Part shown: piece by piece, positions 30,973-41,203 of the stretch | Numbering within the stretch: the first letter of the stretch is position 1 | Layout of the letters: each line of letters begins with the position of its first letter | NCBI GenBank assembly: GCA_965277715.1 | Contig: OZ255836.1 | Coordinates: 3,424,001 to 3,488,000 of the forward strand | Origin: Gammaproteobacteria bacterium | GTDB taxonomy: Bacteria > Pseudomonadota > Gammaproteobacteria > JBCCGL01 | Length of the DNA: 64,000 nucleotides | Direction of reading: 5' to 3' | Made by a program: the position numbers and the translations under genes | The notes under the pieces: model-generated | The model's database searches: none | What the model saw: the letters and a program-made list of their open reading frames with translations, nothing else | What the model was told of the DNA's origin: nothing

Positions 30973-33900
30973 CGGAGGAGGATTAGCCAGTGCTTTGGGC
31001 CTGACCGGGGGGGCTTGCACCGTGCGCTGGGTAAACTGTGGAAGGGTAACGGGCAGCCGGAGCCTGCCCGTTTGTCTGCGTTTCAGGCGTTGCTCGATGC
31101 CTCTGTTGCGCGGGTGGAACAGCGGCGTCTGTCTCTTCCCAAGCCGCTTTATCCCGCTGAATTGCCGGTTGTTGAAGCCCGCTCAGAAATTCTCTCGACG
31201 ATTAAAAATCATCAGGTCACGGTTATCTGTGGTGAAACCGGCTCGGGTAAAACTACGCAGTTACCCAAGATGTGTATGGAGTTGGGGCGTGGTGTCCACG
31301 GTTTTATTGGCCATACACAACCCCGCCGTATCGCGGCGCGCAGTGTCGCCGCAAGAATCGCCGGCGAGCTGGGGTCGACGGTGGGGGGCGCGGTCGGTTT
31401 TAAAGTGCGCTTTTCTGATCAGGTGAGCACTGACAGTTACCTGAAATTGATGACCGATGGCATTCTGCTCAGTGAGATTCAGCATGATCGTTGGCTGAAT
31501 CAATACGATACGTTGATTATTGATGAGGCACATGAACGCAGTTTAAATATTGATTTTCTCCTCGGTGTTTTAAAACAGTTACTGGTTAAACGGCCTGATC
31601 TGAAGTTGATTATTACCTCGGCCACTATCGACCCGGAACGCTTTTCGACACACTTTGATAACGCCCCGATTATCCGTGTCGAGGGGCGTACCTGGCCGGT
31701 GGAAACCCGTTATCAGCCCTTGCTGAGTAGCCTGGAGGGCAGCGGTGAAGAACCGGATCTGGTCGATGCGCTGGTAACAGGCTGTGAGATCCTGATTGCC
31801 GAATGCCGGGGGCAGCGTGGCGATGTATTGGTGTTTTTGCCTGGCGAGCGGCATATCCGCGAGTGCAGTGAAGCCCTGCAGAAACATCAGGCACACAGTA
31901 AGCATTTGGCCGGTGTTGAGGTGTTGCCACTGTTTGCCCGCCTGACTCCGGCAGAGCAGGGGCGTATCTTTGCTCAACACAGTAAGCGCCGTATTGTGCT
32001 GGCGACGAATGTGGCGGAGACCTCGCTGACTGTGCCGGGGATTCGCTATGTAATCGATACCGGTCTGGCGCGCCTGTCCCGCTATAGTCTGCGCAGCAAG
32101 GTGCAGCGCCTGCCGATAGAGAAAATATCCCGCGCCTCGGCCAATCAACGCAAGGGTCGCTGTGGCCGGGAAGCCCCAGGCATTTGTATCCGCTTGTACA
32201 GTGAGGAGGATTTTAACGCCCGCCCCGAATTCACCGAGCCGGAAATTGTGCGGACTAATCTGGCCTCAGTGATTTTGCAGATGGCCGCTTTGCGGCTCGG
32301 CGAGGTTGAGCGCTTTCCCTTTGTCGAGGCACCCGATGGCCGTTTGATCCGCGACGGCTATCAGTTGTTGTTTGAGCTGGGGGCCGTCAATAAACAACAG
32401 GCGCTCACCCCACTTGGCCGACAGCTAGCCAAGTTGCCGCTGGAGCCGCGTTTTGCCCGTATGTTGTTTGCGGCGGGTGAGGAGGGGTGTGTGAGTGAGG
32501 TGCTGACCATTGTCAGTGCCCTGTCGGTACTCGATCCACGCGACCGGCCACAGGATAAACAACAGGCTGCCGATCAATTGCATGCCGAGTTCAATCAGCA
32601 GGCGGCGGGGAGTGTCAACAGTGATTTCGACGCCTGGCTAAACCTGTGGGCCTTTATCGATGTGCAGTGGCAGGCGCTGTCTCGCAGTAAATTCCGCAAG
32701 ATGTGCCAGTCGCGGTTTCTCTCTTATTTACGGGTGCGCGAGTGGCAGGATGTGCGCAGGCAGTTACAGCGCCAGGTCGGTGCGCTCGGTCTGCGTGAAA
32801 ACAGCGAGCCCGCCCACTATGCCGCTATCCACCGCTCCCTGCTGGGCGGCCTGCTGTCGAATGTGTGCATGAAAGATGAAAAACGCCAGTACCTGGGCAG
32901 TCGCAACCGCAGGTTAAAGATATTCCCTGGGTCGGCACTGCGCAATAAAACACCGCAGTGGCTGGTGGCAGCCGATATCAGCGAAACCTCACAGTTGTTT
33001 GCACGCACGGTGGCGAAAGTCGAGGTTGAGTGGGTCGAGCGTTTGGCCGGGCATTTGTTGAAATACAGCTATTCGCAGCCACGTTGGGAAAAAAGGCGTG
33101 GGCAGGTGGGGGCGAAGCAAAAATCCACGCTGTACGGCCTGGTAATCAATCCAGGCAAGTGGATCAACTACGGGCCGGTTAATGCCGCTGAATCCCGTGA
33201 GATTTTTATCCGCGATGGCCTGGTGGCAGGCCAGTTGTCCAGCAATGCCGGTTTTTACCGGCACAACCTGGCACTGATCGATGAAGTGTTGCAGCTTGAA
33301 CACAAGTCCCGCCGCCGGGATATTCTGGTCAGCCCAGAGGAGTTGGTGCGTTTTTACGCGGGCCTGATTCCCGATGATGTGTATTCAATGCCCACCTTTG
33401 AGCGCTGGCGCAAGGCGTTTGAGGTCGAGTACCCCAGAGGTCTGTATTTTGAAAAAGCGTCGCTGATGCACACCGACGATAATGTGATCAGTGACACCGA
33501 TTTTCCCAATCACCTGGAGATTGGTAGCGCGGTGTTTCCGCTGAGCTATGCCTTTTCGCCCGGCAGCGGCAATGATGGGGTAACCATGACCATTCCAGTG
33601 GCCGTATTAAACCGGGTGGATGCGGCGGTGTGCGAATGGCTAGTACCGGGCCTGCTACTGGAGAAAGTGACCGCTTTAATCAAATCACTGGCAAAGCCCC
33701 TGCGGCGCAATTTTGTCCCCGCGCCGGATTTTGCCCGGCAGTGTATCGCCATGTGGGATGTTGCCGTGCCGCCAACCATCGGTTTGTATAGCGCCCTGGC
33801 CAGGGCGCTCTCCAGCACTGGCCGCTGCAAAATCAGCCCGCACGATTTTGAAATCCCCTTATTGGCAACGCATCTGTCAATGCGCTTTGAGATTATCGAT

Positions 33901-34887
33901 GCGCACGGCAAGCTACTCGCCAGTGGCCGTGACCTGGATGCATTGAGCCGACAATTTGCTACACAAACCGCCTCCAGCTTATCGAAAATTGTCGCGCCAA
34001 CGCTGGAGCGCGAAGCGATAAACGACTGGAATTTTGGCGATTTGCCCACCTCGGTGGAAGTACAGGAAGGCAGCGGGAAAAGTGCCGTAAAATTGCTTGC
34101 CTATCCCGCCTTGTGTGAGCAGGGTGAGGACATCAGCCTGCGCGTATTTCCCACCCAGGCCGCTGCCGCTGGGTCGATGCACAATGGTTTGCGCGCACTG
34201 TATCAGCGGGTGCTGAAAAATGAGCACCGCTATATTCTCAATCGACTGCCGGGTATGGATGCGCTGAGCCTGATCTACGCACCGTTTGGCAGCGGTGAAG
34301 CCCTGCGCCAGGATTTATCCCACGCCGCGTTTGTGGGTGCTTTAATGCAGGGGAAAAGCGTGCCGCGTCGGCGTGACGACTTTTACCAGGTTATCGCGCA
34401 ACATCAAAAAGACCTGTTGCCACTGGCCAATACTTTGCTGGAATTACTCGACACCAGCCTGCGCGCCTACCGACAATTGGCCAGGCGCATCGGCCAATCG
34501 AACCGCCTGAGTTGGGTGGAACCACTGGAGGACATTCACGGGCAACTGGCGCTATTGTTTGCCCCCGGGTTTATTGGCAAAGCCGGTGCCACCTGGCTAA
34601 AGCGCTATCCGGTCTACCTGAAAGCGATTGAGCGCCGACTGGACGCGATCGATAAATCACCCGAGCAAGACAGGCTTAAACGCGCCGGGTTTTTACCGCT
34701 GTGGCAACAGTTCAGGCAGCGGCTGCCAGTGTGTGGCAGCGATGCCGGGTGTGATGAGCGCCATATGCACTACCGCTGGCGGATGGAAGAGCTGCGTATA
34801 TCGTTGTTTGCACAGAGCCTGGGAACCTGTGAAAAGGTCTCATTGCAACGATTAGAGCGCGACCTGGAAGGGTTTGCTGACGTATAG
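30970..34887 (+). CDS. hrpA: ATP-dependent RNA helicase HrpA
   Basis: GETGSGKTTQ, DEAH, SAT, QRKGRCGR, C-terminal EELRISLFAQ; start uncertain (TTG 30970 lies inside the REP). Confidence 0.95.
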   Translation: MRRRISQCFGPDRGGLHRALGKLWKGNGQPEPARLSAFQALLDASVARVEQRRLSLPKPLYPAELPVVEARSEILSTIKNHQVTVICGETGSGKTTQLPKMCMELGRGVHGFIGHTQPRRIAARSVAARIAGELGSTVGGAVGFKVRFSDQVSTDSYLKLMTDGILLSEIQHDRWLNQYDTLIIDEAHERSLNIDFLLGVLKQLLVKRPDLKLIITSATIDPERFSTHFDNAPIIRVEGRTWPVETRYQPLLSSLEGSGEEPDLVDALVTGCEILIAECRGQRGDVLVFLPGERHIRECSEALQKHQAHSKHLAGVEVLPLFARLTPAEQGRIFAQHSKRRIVLATNVAETSLTVPGIRYVIDTGLARLSRYSLRSKVQRLPIEKISRASANQRKGRCGREAPGICIRLYSEEDFNARPEFTEPEIVRTNLASVILQMAALRLGEVERFPFVEAPDGRLIRDGYQLLFELGAVNKQQALTPLGRQLAKLPLEPRFARMLFAAGEEGCVSEVLTIVSALSVLDPRDRPQDKQQAADQLHAEFNQQAAGSVNSDFDAWLNLWAFIDVQWQALSRSKFRKMCQSRFLSYLRVREWQDVRRQLQRQVGALGLRENSEPAHYAAIHRSLLGGLLSNVCMKDEKRQYLGSRNRRLKIFPGSALRNKTPQWLVAADISETSQLFARTVAKVEVEWVERLAGHLLKYSYSQPRWEKRRGQVGAKQKSTLYGLVINPGKWINYGPVNAAESREIFIRDGLVAGQLSSNAGFYRHNLALIDEVLQLEHKSRRRDILVSPEELVRFYAGLIPDDVYSMPTFERWRKAFEVEYPRGLYFEKASLMHTDDNVISDTDFPNHLEIGSAVFPLSYAFSPGSGNDGVTMTIPVAVLNRVDAAVCEWLVPGLLLEKVTALIKSLAKPLRRNFVPAPDFARQCIAMWDVAVPPTIGLYSALARALSSTGRCKISPHDFEIPLLATHLSMRFEIIDAHGKLLASGRDLDALSRQFATQTASSLSKIVAPTLEREAINDWNFGDLPTSVEVQEGSGKSAVKLLAYPALCEQGEDISLRVFPTQAAAAGSMHNGLRALYQRVLKNEHRYILNRLPGMDALSLIYAPFGSGEALRQDLSHAAFVGALMQGKSVPRRRDDFYQVIAQHQKDLLPLANTLLELLDTSLRAYRQLARRIGQSNRLSWVEPLEDIHGQLALLFAPGFIGKAGATWLKRYPVYLKAIERRLDAIDKSPEQDRLKRAGFLPLWQQFRQRLPVCGSDAGCDERHMHYRWRMEELRISLFAQSLGTCEKVSLQRLERDLEGFADV

Positions 34888-34975
34888 GTTCAGGCGTTCC
34901 CCCGCTTCCAGCAGGCCACTACAGGTGGAGGGTGAAACTTCTGGTAGCATGAATGGTTTTAGTTGAGGGTGGGCG

Positions 34976-35596
34976 ATGGTGCCATTTGATGTTGCGTTGA
35001 CCTTTTTTGCCGCGTCGCTGGCGTTGGCGCTGGTGCCAGGGCCGGATAATATTTTTGTGCTTACTCAGTCAGCTTTGTCTGGCCGGGTTGCCGGGCTGTT
35101 GGTGACGCTGGGGTTATGTACCGGTCTGGTGGGGCATACGCTGGCCGTGACGTTGGGGGTGGCGGCTGTTTTTCAGGCATCTACGCTGGCTTTTACGGCC
35201 TTGAAGCTGCTTGGTGCGGCTTATCTGGTGTACTTGGCCTGGCAGGCGTTTAACGCGTCTGTCAACCGCGTCGACAATGCTGAGGGCGAATCGCTGAGCG
35301 GCTGGCAATTGTATCGGCGCGGTATTTTCATGAATATCACCAACCCAAAGGTCTCGCTGTTTTTCCTGGCGTTTCTGCCTCAGTTCGCCGATCCGGTGCG
35401 GGGTGTGCTCAGTGTGCAATTGCTGGTGTTGGGTGGTTTGTTTATCGTTGCCACGCTTGGGGTATTTGGGGCAGTGGCGATGCTGGCTGGCGGGCTGGGG
35501 CAGTGGCTGAATCGCTCACCCCGTGCGCAGCAGTTAATGAACAGGGTTGCCGCCGTGGTATTTGTTGCACTGGCGGCTAAATTAGCGGTGTCATAA
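34976..35596 (+). CDS. LysE/RhtB amino-acid exporter
   Basis: PGPDN, GAAYLVYLA, NITNPKV. Confidence 0.9.
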   Translation: MVPFDVALTFFAASLALALVPGPDNIFVLTQSALSGRVAGLLVTLGLCTGLVGHTLAVTLGVAAVFQASTLAFTALKLLGAAYLVYLAWQAFNASVNRVDNAEGESLSGWQLYRRGIFMNITNPKVSLFFLAFLPQFADPVRGVLSVQLLVLGGLFIVATLGVFGAVAMLAGGLGQWLNRSPRAQQLMNRVAAVVFVALAAKLAVS

Positions 35597-35712
35597 TTTT
35601 GACGACTGGCCGACGTCCCCTGTCAAATCTCAATGGGTGTTTTTGCCAAGTACCGCAAATATACGTATATAGCGTTTGACTTACGCGAGGGCTATCACGC
35701 ATAGTCAATTTT

Positions 35713-36399
35713 ATGACACCCAATAATGCTTACCTCAAACGCCTGCCACAGTGGTTTTCCACCTGTCTGCCTGTCTTATTGTTTGCCTGCCTGGTTGCCT
35801 GTGGCGGTGGTGGCACCGGTGGCGCTACTGCAAATAGCACCGCCGGTAGTGCCACGACCCCAGCCGGGCTGCGGGGCAGTGCCAGTGAAACCACTCTGGT
35901 GGTCGATTTTTTTCGCAATGGGTGTGTTAGTGAGCAGGTAGGCCTGTGTTTACAGGTGAGTGACGCGGCAGGCGGGCGCAACGTCAACTTCTACACGCCC
36001 ATCGATGGGTTTAGTTTTGAGTGGGGGTATCGCTATACCCTGCGCGTTATGGTCACCACCGTACAAAATCCACCAGTCGACAGTGCGTCGCTGGCCTATA
36101 CGCTGATCGAACAAACCAGCCGCCAGGTTGCCGCCAATGCGGGGGAGTTTCGGCTTTTTATGCCCGGTGTCGACCGGCTTATCGAGAAAAGATCACCGAC
36201 GCTTTATGCACTCAGCGACGGCAAAACCTTTCAGTGCAACGCGGTGGATTGCGCCATGCTGGATGCATTGATCACACAGCGGTTTTCGGCCTTGTTGGTA
36301 TTTGAACTGGCGGCCAATGTCGACGCCCCTTTGGTGTTGACGCGCATTGAATGCAGCGATGCGCCGGTTTCGTTTGCCGGTAGCTGCCTGCAAAACTAA
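35713..36399 (+). CDS. lipoprotein with DUF4377-like domain
   Basis: lipobox LVAC, C.....CLQV, IDGFSFEWGYRY.L.V, PPVDSAS. Confidence 0.7.
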   Translation: MTPNNAYLKRLPQWFSTCLPVLLFACLVACGGGGTGGATANSTAGSATTPAGLRGSASETTLVVDFFRNGCVSEQVGLCLQVSDAAGGRNVNFYTPIDGFSFEWGYRYTLRVMVTTVQNPPVDSASLAYTLIEQTSRQVAANAGEFRLFMPGVDRLIEKRSPTLYALSDGKTFQCNAVDCAMLDALITQRFSALLVFELAANVDAPLVLTRIECSDAPVSFAGSCLQN

Positions 36400-36458
36400 G
36401 GTTCGTTAGAAAAATAGCATCCTGATATACTGCCAGCCTTTTTTGAAGGGGTAGTGCA

Positions 36459-36623
36459 ATGCACACCTGGGCACGACTTTCTATCAGCCTGTTACTGGTG
36501 TTTTTCGCCGCGCTGGCCTCTGGCTGTGGTAACAAAGGCGATCTGTACCTGCCGGAAACGACCACCACCACGGACGATGAATCAAAACAAAAAAAACCAC
36601 AGGGAGCTGTGGAAAATCAATGA
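36459..36623 (+). CDS. lptM: small lipoprotein LptM/YifL (not in ORF track)
   Basis: MHTWARLSISLLLVFFAALASGCGNKGDLYLP...; 54 aa, stop overlaps the lysA ATG. Confidence 0.85.
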   Translation: MHTWARLSISLLLVFFAALASGCGNKGDLYLPETTTTTDDESKQKKPQGAVENQ

Positions 36624-37876
36624 GTGCATTTACCTACCAAAATGGCCAGTTACATGCAGAGGGCGTCGATTGCCAACAGTTGGCAGCCGAGTTTGGCACG
36701 CCTGTTTACGTGTATTCACGCCAGGCGTTGGAATCTGCCTGGCGGGCGTTTGACCTGGCGCTGTCTGCACGCCCTCATCTGGTGTGTTACGCGGTCAAGG
36801 CGAATTCAAATATTGCGGTGCTGAATGTATTGGCGCGGCTTGGTTCAGGCTTCGATATTGTCTCCACGGGTGAGCTGGAGCGGGTTCTGGCGGCGGGCGG
36901 TGACCCGGAGAAAACAGTGTTCTCCGGCGTGGGTAAGCGGCACGCGGAAATAGCCCACGCACTGGAAATCGGCATCCGCTGTTTTAATGTCGAATCGGTC
37001 TCTGAGTTGCAGAGGATTAACCAAATTGCCGCTGCGCACGGCGCAATCGCCGCCGTATCGCTGCGTGTCAACCCGGATGTGGATGCAAAAACCCACCCCT
37101 ATATCTCCACCGGCCTGAAAGAAAATAAATTTGGTATCCCTATGGATATAGTGGTGGATACCTACCGGCGCGCCTCGGCAATGGCGAATCTGTGCATTAC
37201 CGGTATCGATTGCCATATTGGTTCACAGCTCAGTGATATCACCCCTTATGTCGATGCCCTGGATCGGCTGCTGTGCGTAATCGATACATTGGCAGAGGAG
37301 GGTATCGCCATTGAACACCTCGATATTGGCGGTGGGCAGGGTATTCGCTACCGCGATGAAGCGCCCATCGACCTCACCACCTGGTCGGCAGAGGTCAACC
37401 GTCAGTTGGGTGACCGCCCGCTGGAAATTTTGGTGGAGCCAGGCCGCGCCATAGCCGGTAATGCCGGTGTTCTGTTGAGTAAAATTGAATACTTAAAGCA
37501 CACCGAGGCAAAGAATTTTGCTGTTATCGATGCGGCGATGAACGATTTAATTCGCCCTGCGTTGTATAGCGCCTGGCACGATATAGTGCCCGTTACACAA
37601 GCGAAAACACCGGCAACCCAGCGCTATGATGTGGTCGGCCCGGTATGTGAAAGCAGTGACTTTATCGGCAAGGACCGGCCGCTCGATGTGGTTGAAGGCG
37701 ATTTGCTGGCGGTCATGTCGGCGGGTGCTTATGCCTTTGTGATGAGTTCTAACTATAACAGCCGGGCGCGTGCCGCCGAGGTGATGGTGGACGGCGATGG
37801 TGCCTGTTTAGTGCGCGAGCGCGAATCGCTGGCCGATTTATTGGCCGGTGAATGCTGCCTGCCGGGTGGGGCATAG
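36620..37876 (+). CDS. lysA: diaminopimelate decarboxylase
   Basis: YAVKANSN (PLP Lys), HIGSQ, EPGR, GPVCESSD, SNYN. Confidence 0.97.
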   Translation: MSAFTYQNGQLHAEGVDCQQLAAEFGTPVYVYSRQALESAWRAFDLALSARPHLVCYAVKANSNIAVLNVLARLGSGFDIVSTGELERVLAAGGDPEKTVFSGVGKRHAEIAHALEIGIRCFNVESVSELQRINQIAAAHGAIAAVSLRVNPDVDAKTHPYISTGLKENKFGIPMDIVVDTYRRASAMANLCITGIDCHIGSQLSDITPYVDALDRLLCVIDTLAEEGIAIEHLDIGGGQGIRYRDEAPIDLTTWSAEVNRQLGDRPLEILVEPGRAIAGNAGVLLSKIEYLKHTEAKNFAVIDAAMNDLIRPALYSAWHDIVPVTQAKTPATQRYDVVGPVCESSDFIGKDRPLDVVEGDLLAVMSAGAYAFVMSSNYNSRARAAEVMVDGDGACLVRERESLADLLAGECCLPGGA

Positions 37877-37892
37877 CCCACGGGGTATATTG

Positions 37893-38723
37893 ATGCTGCT
37901 CAATTTCAGCAAAATGCACGGCCTCGGTAACGACTTTGTGGTTATCAACGCCATTGATACGCCGGTTTCACTGAGCGCTGAGCAAATCCGCAGGCTGGCC
38001 GACCGGCGCACGGGTGTCGGTTGCGACCAACTGTTGCTGGTGCGGCCTTCCACTCACCCGCAGGCCGATTTTGATTACTGTATTTATAACGCCGATGGCG
38101 GTGAAGTGGAGCACTGTGGCAACGGGGCGCGCTGTTTTGCGCTGTTTGTTCGCGAGCAGGGGTTGAGTGAGAAATCCCGCATTCCGGTCAATACCCGTGC
38201 CGGGTTAATTGAATTGCAGTGCGAAGACGACGGCCAGGTCACTGTGATGATGGGTGTGCCAGCGTTCGAACCTGACCGCATCCCGTTTCTGGCTAAACAG
38301 CGTGCACTGTACTACCCGCTCACTGTCGGTGAGTCATCGGTCACTATCGGTGCGGCGGCGATTGGTAACCCACACGCAGTGTGTGACGTGGATGATGTCG
38401 ACAGCGCAGATGTCAGGCATATCGGCGCGGCGCTCGAAGCGCACCCGGATTTTCCCCAGCGGGTTAATGTCGGTTTTCGCCAGTGTGTGAGCGCCAAGCA
38501 TATTCGCCTGCGTGTATTTGAGCGCGGGGTCGGTGAAACCCGCGCCTGTGGCACGGGAGCCTGTGCGGCGGTGGCGATTGGTGTGCTGCAGGGCAGGCTG
38601 GATAAGGCTGTGCGCGTATCACTGCCCGGTGGTGACTTGATGATAAACTGGCTGGGTGAAGGCCACCCTGTAATGATGACTGGCCCTGCCAGCCTGGTAT
38701 ACAACGGAACAATCGATTTATGA
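37893..38723 (+). CDS. dapF: diaminopimelate epimerase
   Basis: KMHGLGNDF, EHCGNGARC, GNPH, ERGVGETRACGTG. Confidence 0.97.
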   Translation: MLLNFSKMHGLGNDFVVINAIDTPVSLSAEQIRRLADRRTGVGCDQLLLVRPSTHPQADFDYCIYNADGGEVEHCGNGARCFALFVREQGLSEKSRIPVNTRAGLIELQCEDDGQVTVMMGVPAFEPDRIPFLAKQRALYYPLTVGESSVTIGAAAIGNPHAVCDVDDVDSADVRHIGAALEAHPDFPQRVNVGFRQCVSAKHIRLRVFERGVGETRACGTGACAAVAIGVLQGRLDKAVRVSLPGGDLMINWLGEGHPVMMTGPASLVYNGTIDL

Positions 38724-39406
38724 GCAAACTGCAAAACAGGCCAGAAAGTGCCACCGAAAGCAGCCCAATACAAGCCGCTGCCGATGAGTCGCTGGTGGTA
38801 GATTATTTACTGTCCCACCCGGATTTTTTTACGCATAGGGATGACCTGCTCATCCAGCTACGCATTCCACACCAGAGTGGTGGCGCTATTTCATTGGTTG
38901 AACGCCAGGTCAGTGTACAGCGGGAAAAAAGCCAACGATTGGAAAAACAACTCAAGGAACTGTTGTCAGTGGCCCGTGAAAATGAGCATTTGGGGTTGTT
39001 ACTTCACCAGTTTGCAGTGAGTTTGATGTGCACCGACAGCGTCGATACCGTACTGACCGTTACGCGTGAGACGGCGTTGCGTGACTTTCATGCCGACCAG
39101 GTGGCGTTTCAACTGTTTGACGAAGACACCGCGATTATAGATGTGTTTGCCGATATGTCTGCAACGCACAATGTAGTGTGTGGCCAATTATCTGTCGAGC
39201 AAAGTGCGCTGTTATTTGACGACGCGGACGAGGTTGCCTCGGTCGCGTTGATCCTGTTGCACGCAGAGGGCAATAACCTTGGGGTGCTCGCGCTCAGCAG
39301 TGTTGATGAGACCCGTTTTCACCCGTCCAAAGGGGTGTTGTTTTTATCGCAGTTGGGTAGCCTGCTTAGCCATCGCCTGTCTGTTTTGCTTGATAATTCC
39401 CTGTGA
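38720..39406 (+). CDS. DUF484/YigA family protein
   Basis: YL..HPDFF, IPH.SGGAISLVERQ, FL.QL; synteny after dapF. Confidence 0.9.
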   Translation: MSKLQNRPESATESSPIQAAADESLVVDYLLSHPDFFTHRDDLLIQLRIPHQSGGAISLVERQVSVQREKSQRLEKQLKELLSVARENEHLGLLLHQFAVSLMCTDSVDTVLTVTRETALRDFHADQVAFQLFDEDTAIIDVFADMSATHNVVCGQLSVEQSALLFDDADEVASVALILLHAEGNNLGVLALSSVDETRFHPSKGVLFLSQLGSLLSHRLSVLLDNSL

Positions 39407-39540
39407 TAGTGGCTCGACGCGCAACTGTACGAATCACAATGCCTTTTGGTTAAAAGACAGCCTGCCGTTAGTATTTTCTGATCGGGAAGTTTCTGCCGGT
39501 GGCATCAAAGGTTTGATTATCCTATTCAGCACCTTAGACG

Positions 39541-39571
39541 CCCTCGCTACGATTCAACTGCGGAATTTAGG
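39541..39571. repeat. MITE-like terminal repeat
   Basis: CCCTCGCTACGATTCAACTGCGGAATTTAGG shares its left part with 20084-20095 and its right part with 15908-15928. Confidence 0.65.
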
Positions 39572-39651
39572 ATTATCGATGACGGTAAAATCGAGTTGAT
39601 CAGTAAATGGATAAGGGGTGGTTTTCTGCGTCTGTTCTATAATAATTAACC

Positions 39652-40626
39652 ATGTATTACTATCGTATTTATGGTTTATCGGTAAGCAGCACCCATTCAC
39701 TACAAGGGGTGACAGCACAAGCGAAACGTGTAAAAAGTGACCTACAGATACACTGGCACCCTATCCCTTACGAGCTGCATTGGCAGGCGATAGACACGGC
39801 TGAACTACGCAGTCGTCGCAAAATAAATATGCACTGCGCAAAGCACGGTGAGCAGACGGTGCTACGGGTAAGTATTAACATGGAGCGTGCCAAACAACGC
39901 TTTTCTTTAACGCTCGAACCTGTAAGCGGTCAAGTATGGCTCGACTGGTCAGACACTGTACCGCTGGCCGATATTGAAGCCTACCTCTTAGGCCCGGGCT
40001 TGGGGTTTATATTACGCGCCCGTGGGGTATCGTGTTTGCACGGTGCGGTAGTAAGTACTGAAGGGCGGGCCGTTGCTCTGCTTGGCGCCAAAAAAACCGG
40101 AAAGTCCACTACCGCTGCCGTATTGGCAGATCATGGCTGGTCTGTGCTTGCAGACGATATAGTCGTACCCGAGATTTCAGGGCAAAAAGTATGGGTGCAA
40201 CCCGGTTATGCCCGAATACGGCTATGGCCTGAATCTCTGCACGCTTTACAGCACAAGCCAGACACGCTTAGCAAAGTCACCGCACATTTAGACAAGCGCT
40301 ACCTGAACGCTGATAGCGTGTTTTACCCCCGGCCTTTACCCCTGGCAGCAATCTATATTTTAGAGCAGCGTAATAATGATCATGTAAAACCGTTTATCAA
40401 CAGTATCGCTACAAAAGATAAAATAGTGAGCTTATTGAAAAACAGCCATGTAAGTTACGGCGTTATTACGCCAGCGCTACGGGCAAAAGAATTTACCGAT
40501 TTTCATGCGTTGGCGGCAAGGGTGCCGATCCGTACATTATGTCGTGCGGACAATATCACGCAGCTTCAGCAGATAAGCCAATTATTGTCAGAGGATATAA
40601 AAACCACCGATATATACAGCGGATAA
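39652..40626 (+). CDS. HPr-kinase-related (lasso/RiPP-associated) serine kinase
   Basis: YRIYGL, LHGAVV, GAKKTGKST (Walker A), LADD, RLWPES. Confidence 0.85.
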   Translation: MYYYRIYGLSVSSTHSLQGVTAQAKRVKSDLQIHWHPIPYELHWQAIDTAELRSRRKINMHCAKHGEQTVLRVSINMERAKQRFSLTLEPVSGQVWLDWSDTVPLADIEAYLLGPGLGFILRARGVSCLHGAVVSTEGRAVALLGAKKTGKSTTAAVLADHGWSVLADDIVVPEISGQKVWVQPGYARIRLWPESLHALQHKPDTLSKVTAHLDKRYLNADSVFYPRPLPLAAIYILEQRNNDHVKPFINSIATKDKIVSLLKNSHVSYGVITPALRAKEFTDFHALAARVPIRTLCRADNITQLQQISQLLSEDIKTTDIYSG

Positions 40627-40662
40627 AGACACTTATGCCTCGCGAACGAAACCCCTATAGCA
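40613..40662. repeat. dispersed 50-bp repeat, copy 2
   Basis: matches 27405-27454; contains the kinase stop codon. Confidence 0.85.
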
Positions 40663-40999
40663 CCACGAATAAATACAAAGGTTAAAAGGTGAACTAACGT
40701 CTGCCCTTTTTCTATGTGGGCAGCGTAGGGTGTTATAGAACGTACACAAAATAATGTCCACTTTTACCATGTTATTTAAACAATGCGTTATGTGTTAATG
40801 GCACACTCAGCCAACTCATCTATAAGGAGTCGATACATTTGCAAACCCCGGAAGTTATTTCGTGCACGTTCCTTAGCCACCCCCAAAAAAAACAGGTGGC
40901 GAGAGCCTGTCCGCTTCTCAGTTTTTTTCCGTGCATTAATTGACTATTGGCAGGTGGCAGCCTAGTATAATCAAGAAAATTGTCGTTTAGAGGTCAGCT

Positions 41000-41182
41000 A
41001 TGCTGAAGTGTGCCTGTTTCATTGCGTTGGGTGTTTTTTTGATAGCCTGTGGCGGCGGTGGCGGCTCTACTTCAAACGATAATAATGGCAGCGGTCAAAT
41101 GCAGGGTCCGGTGACACCTTCACCCACGACCACCGCCGCGACTGCCGATAGATCGGTTCTTGATGGCAGTGTCTTGCAGTAG
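41000..41182 (+). CDS. small lipoprotein
   Basis: GAGG RBS, lipobox LIAC-GGGGG. Confidence 0.55.
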   Translation: MLKCACFIALGVFLIACGGGGGSTSNDNNGSGQMQGPVTPSPTTTAATADRSVLDGSVLQ

Positions 41183-41203
41183 CCCTTAGGTGGAGAACGA
41201 GCA

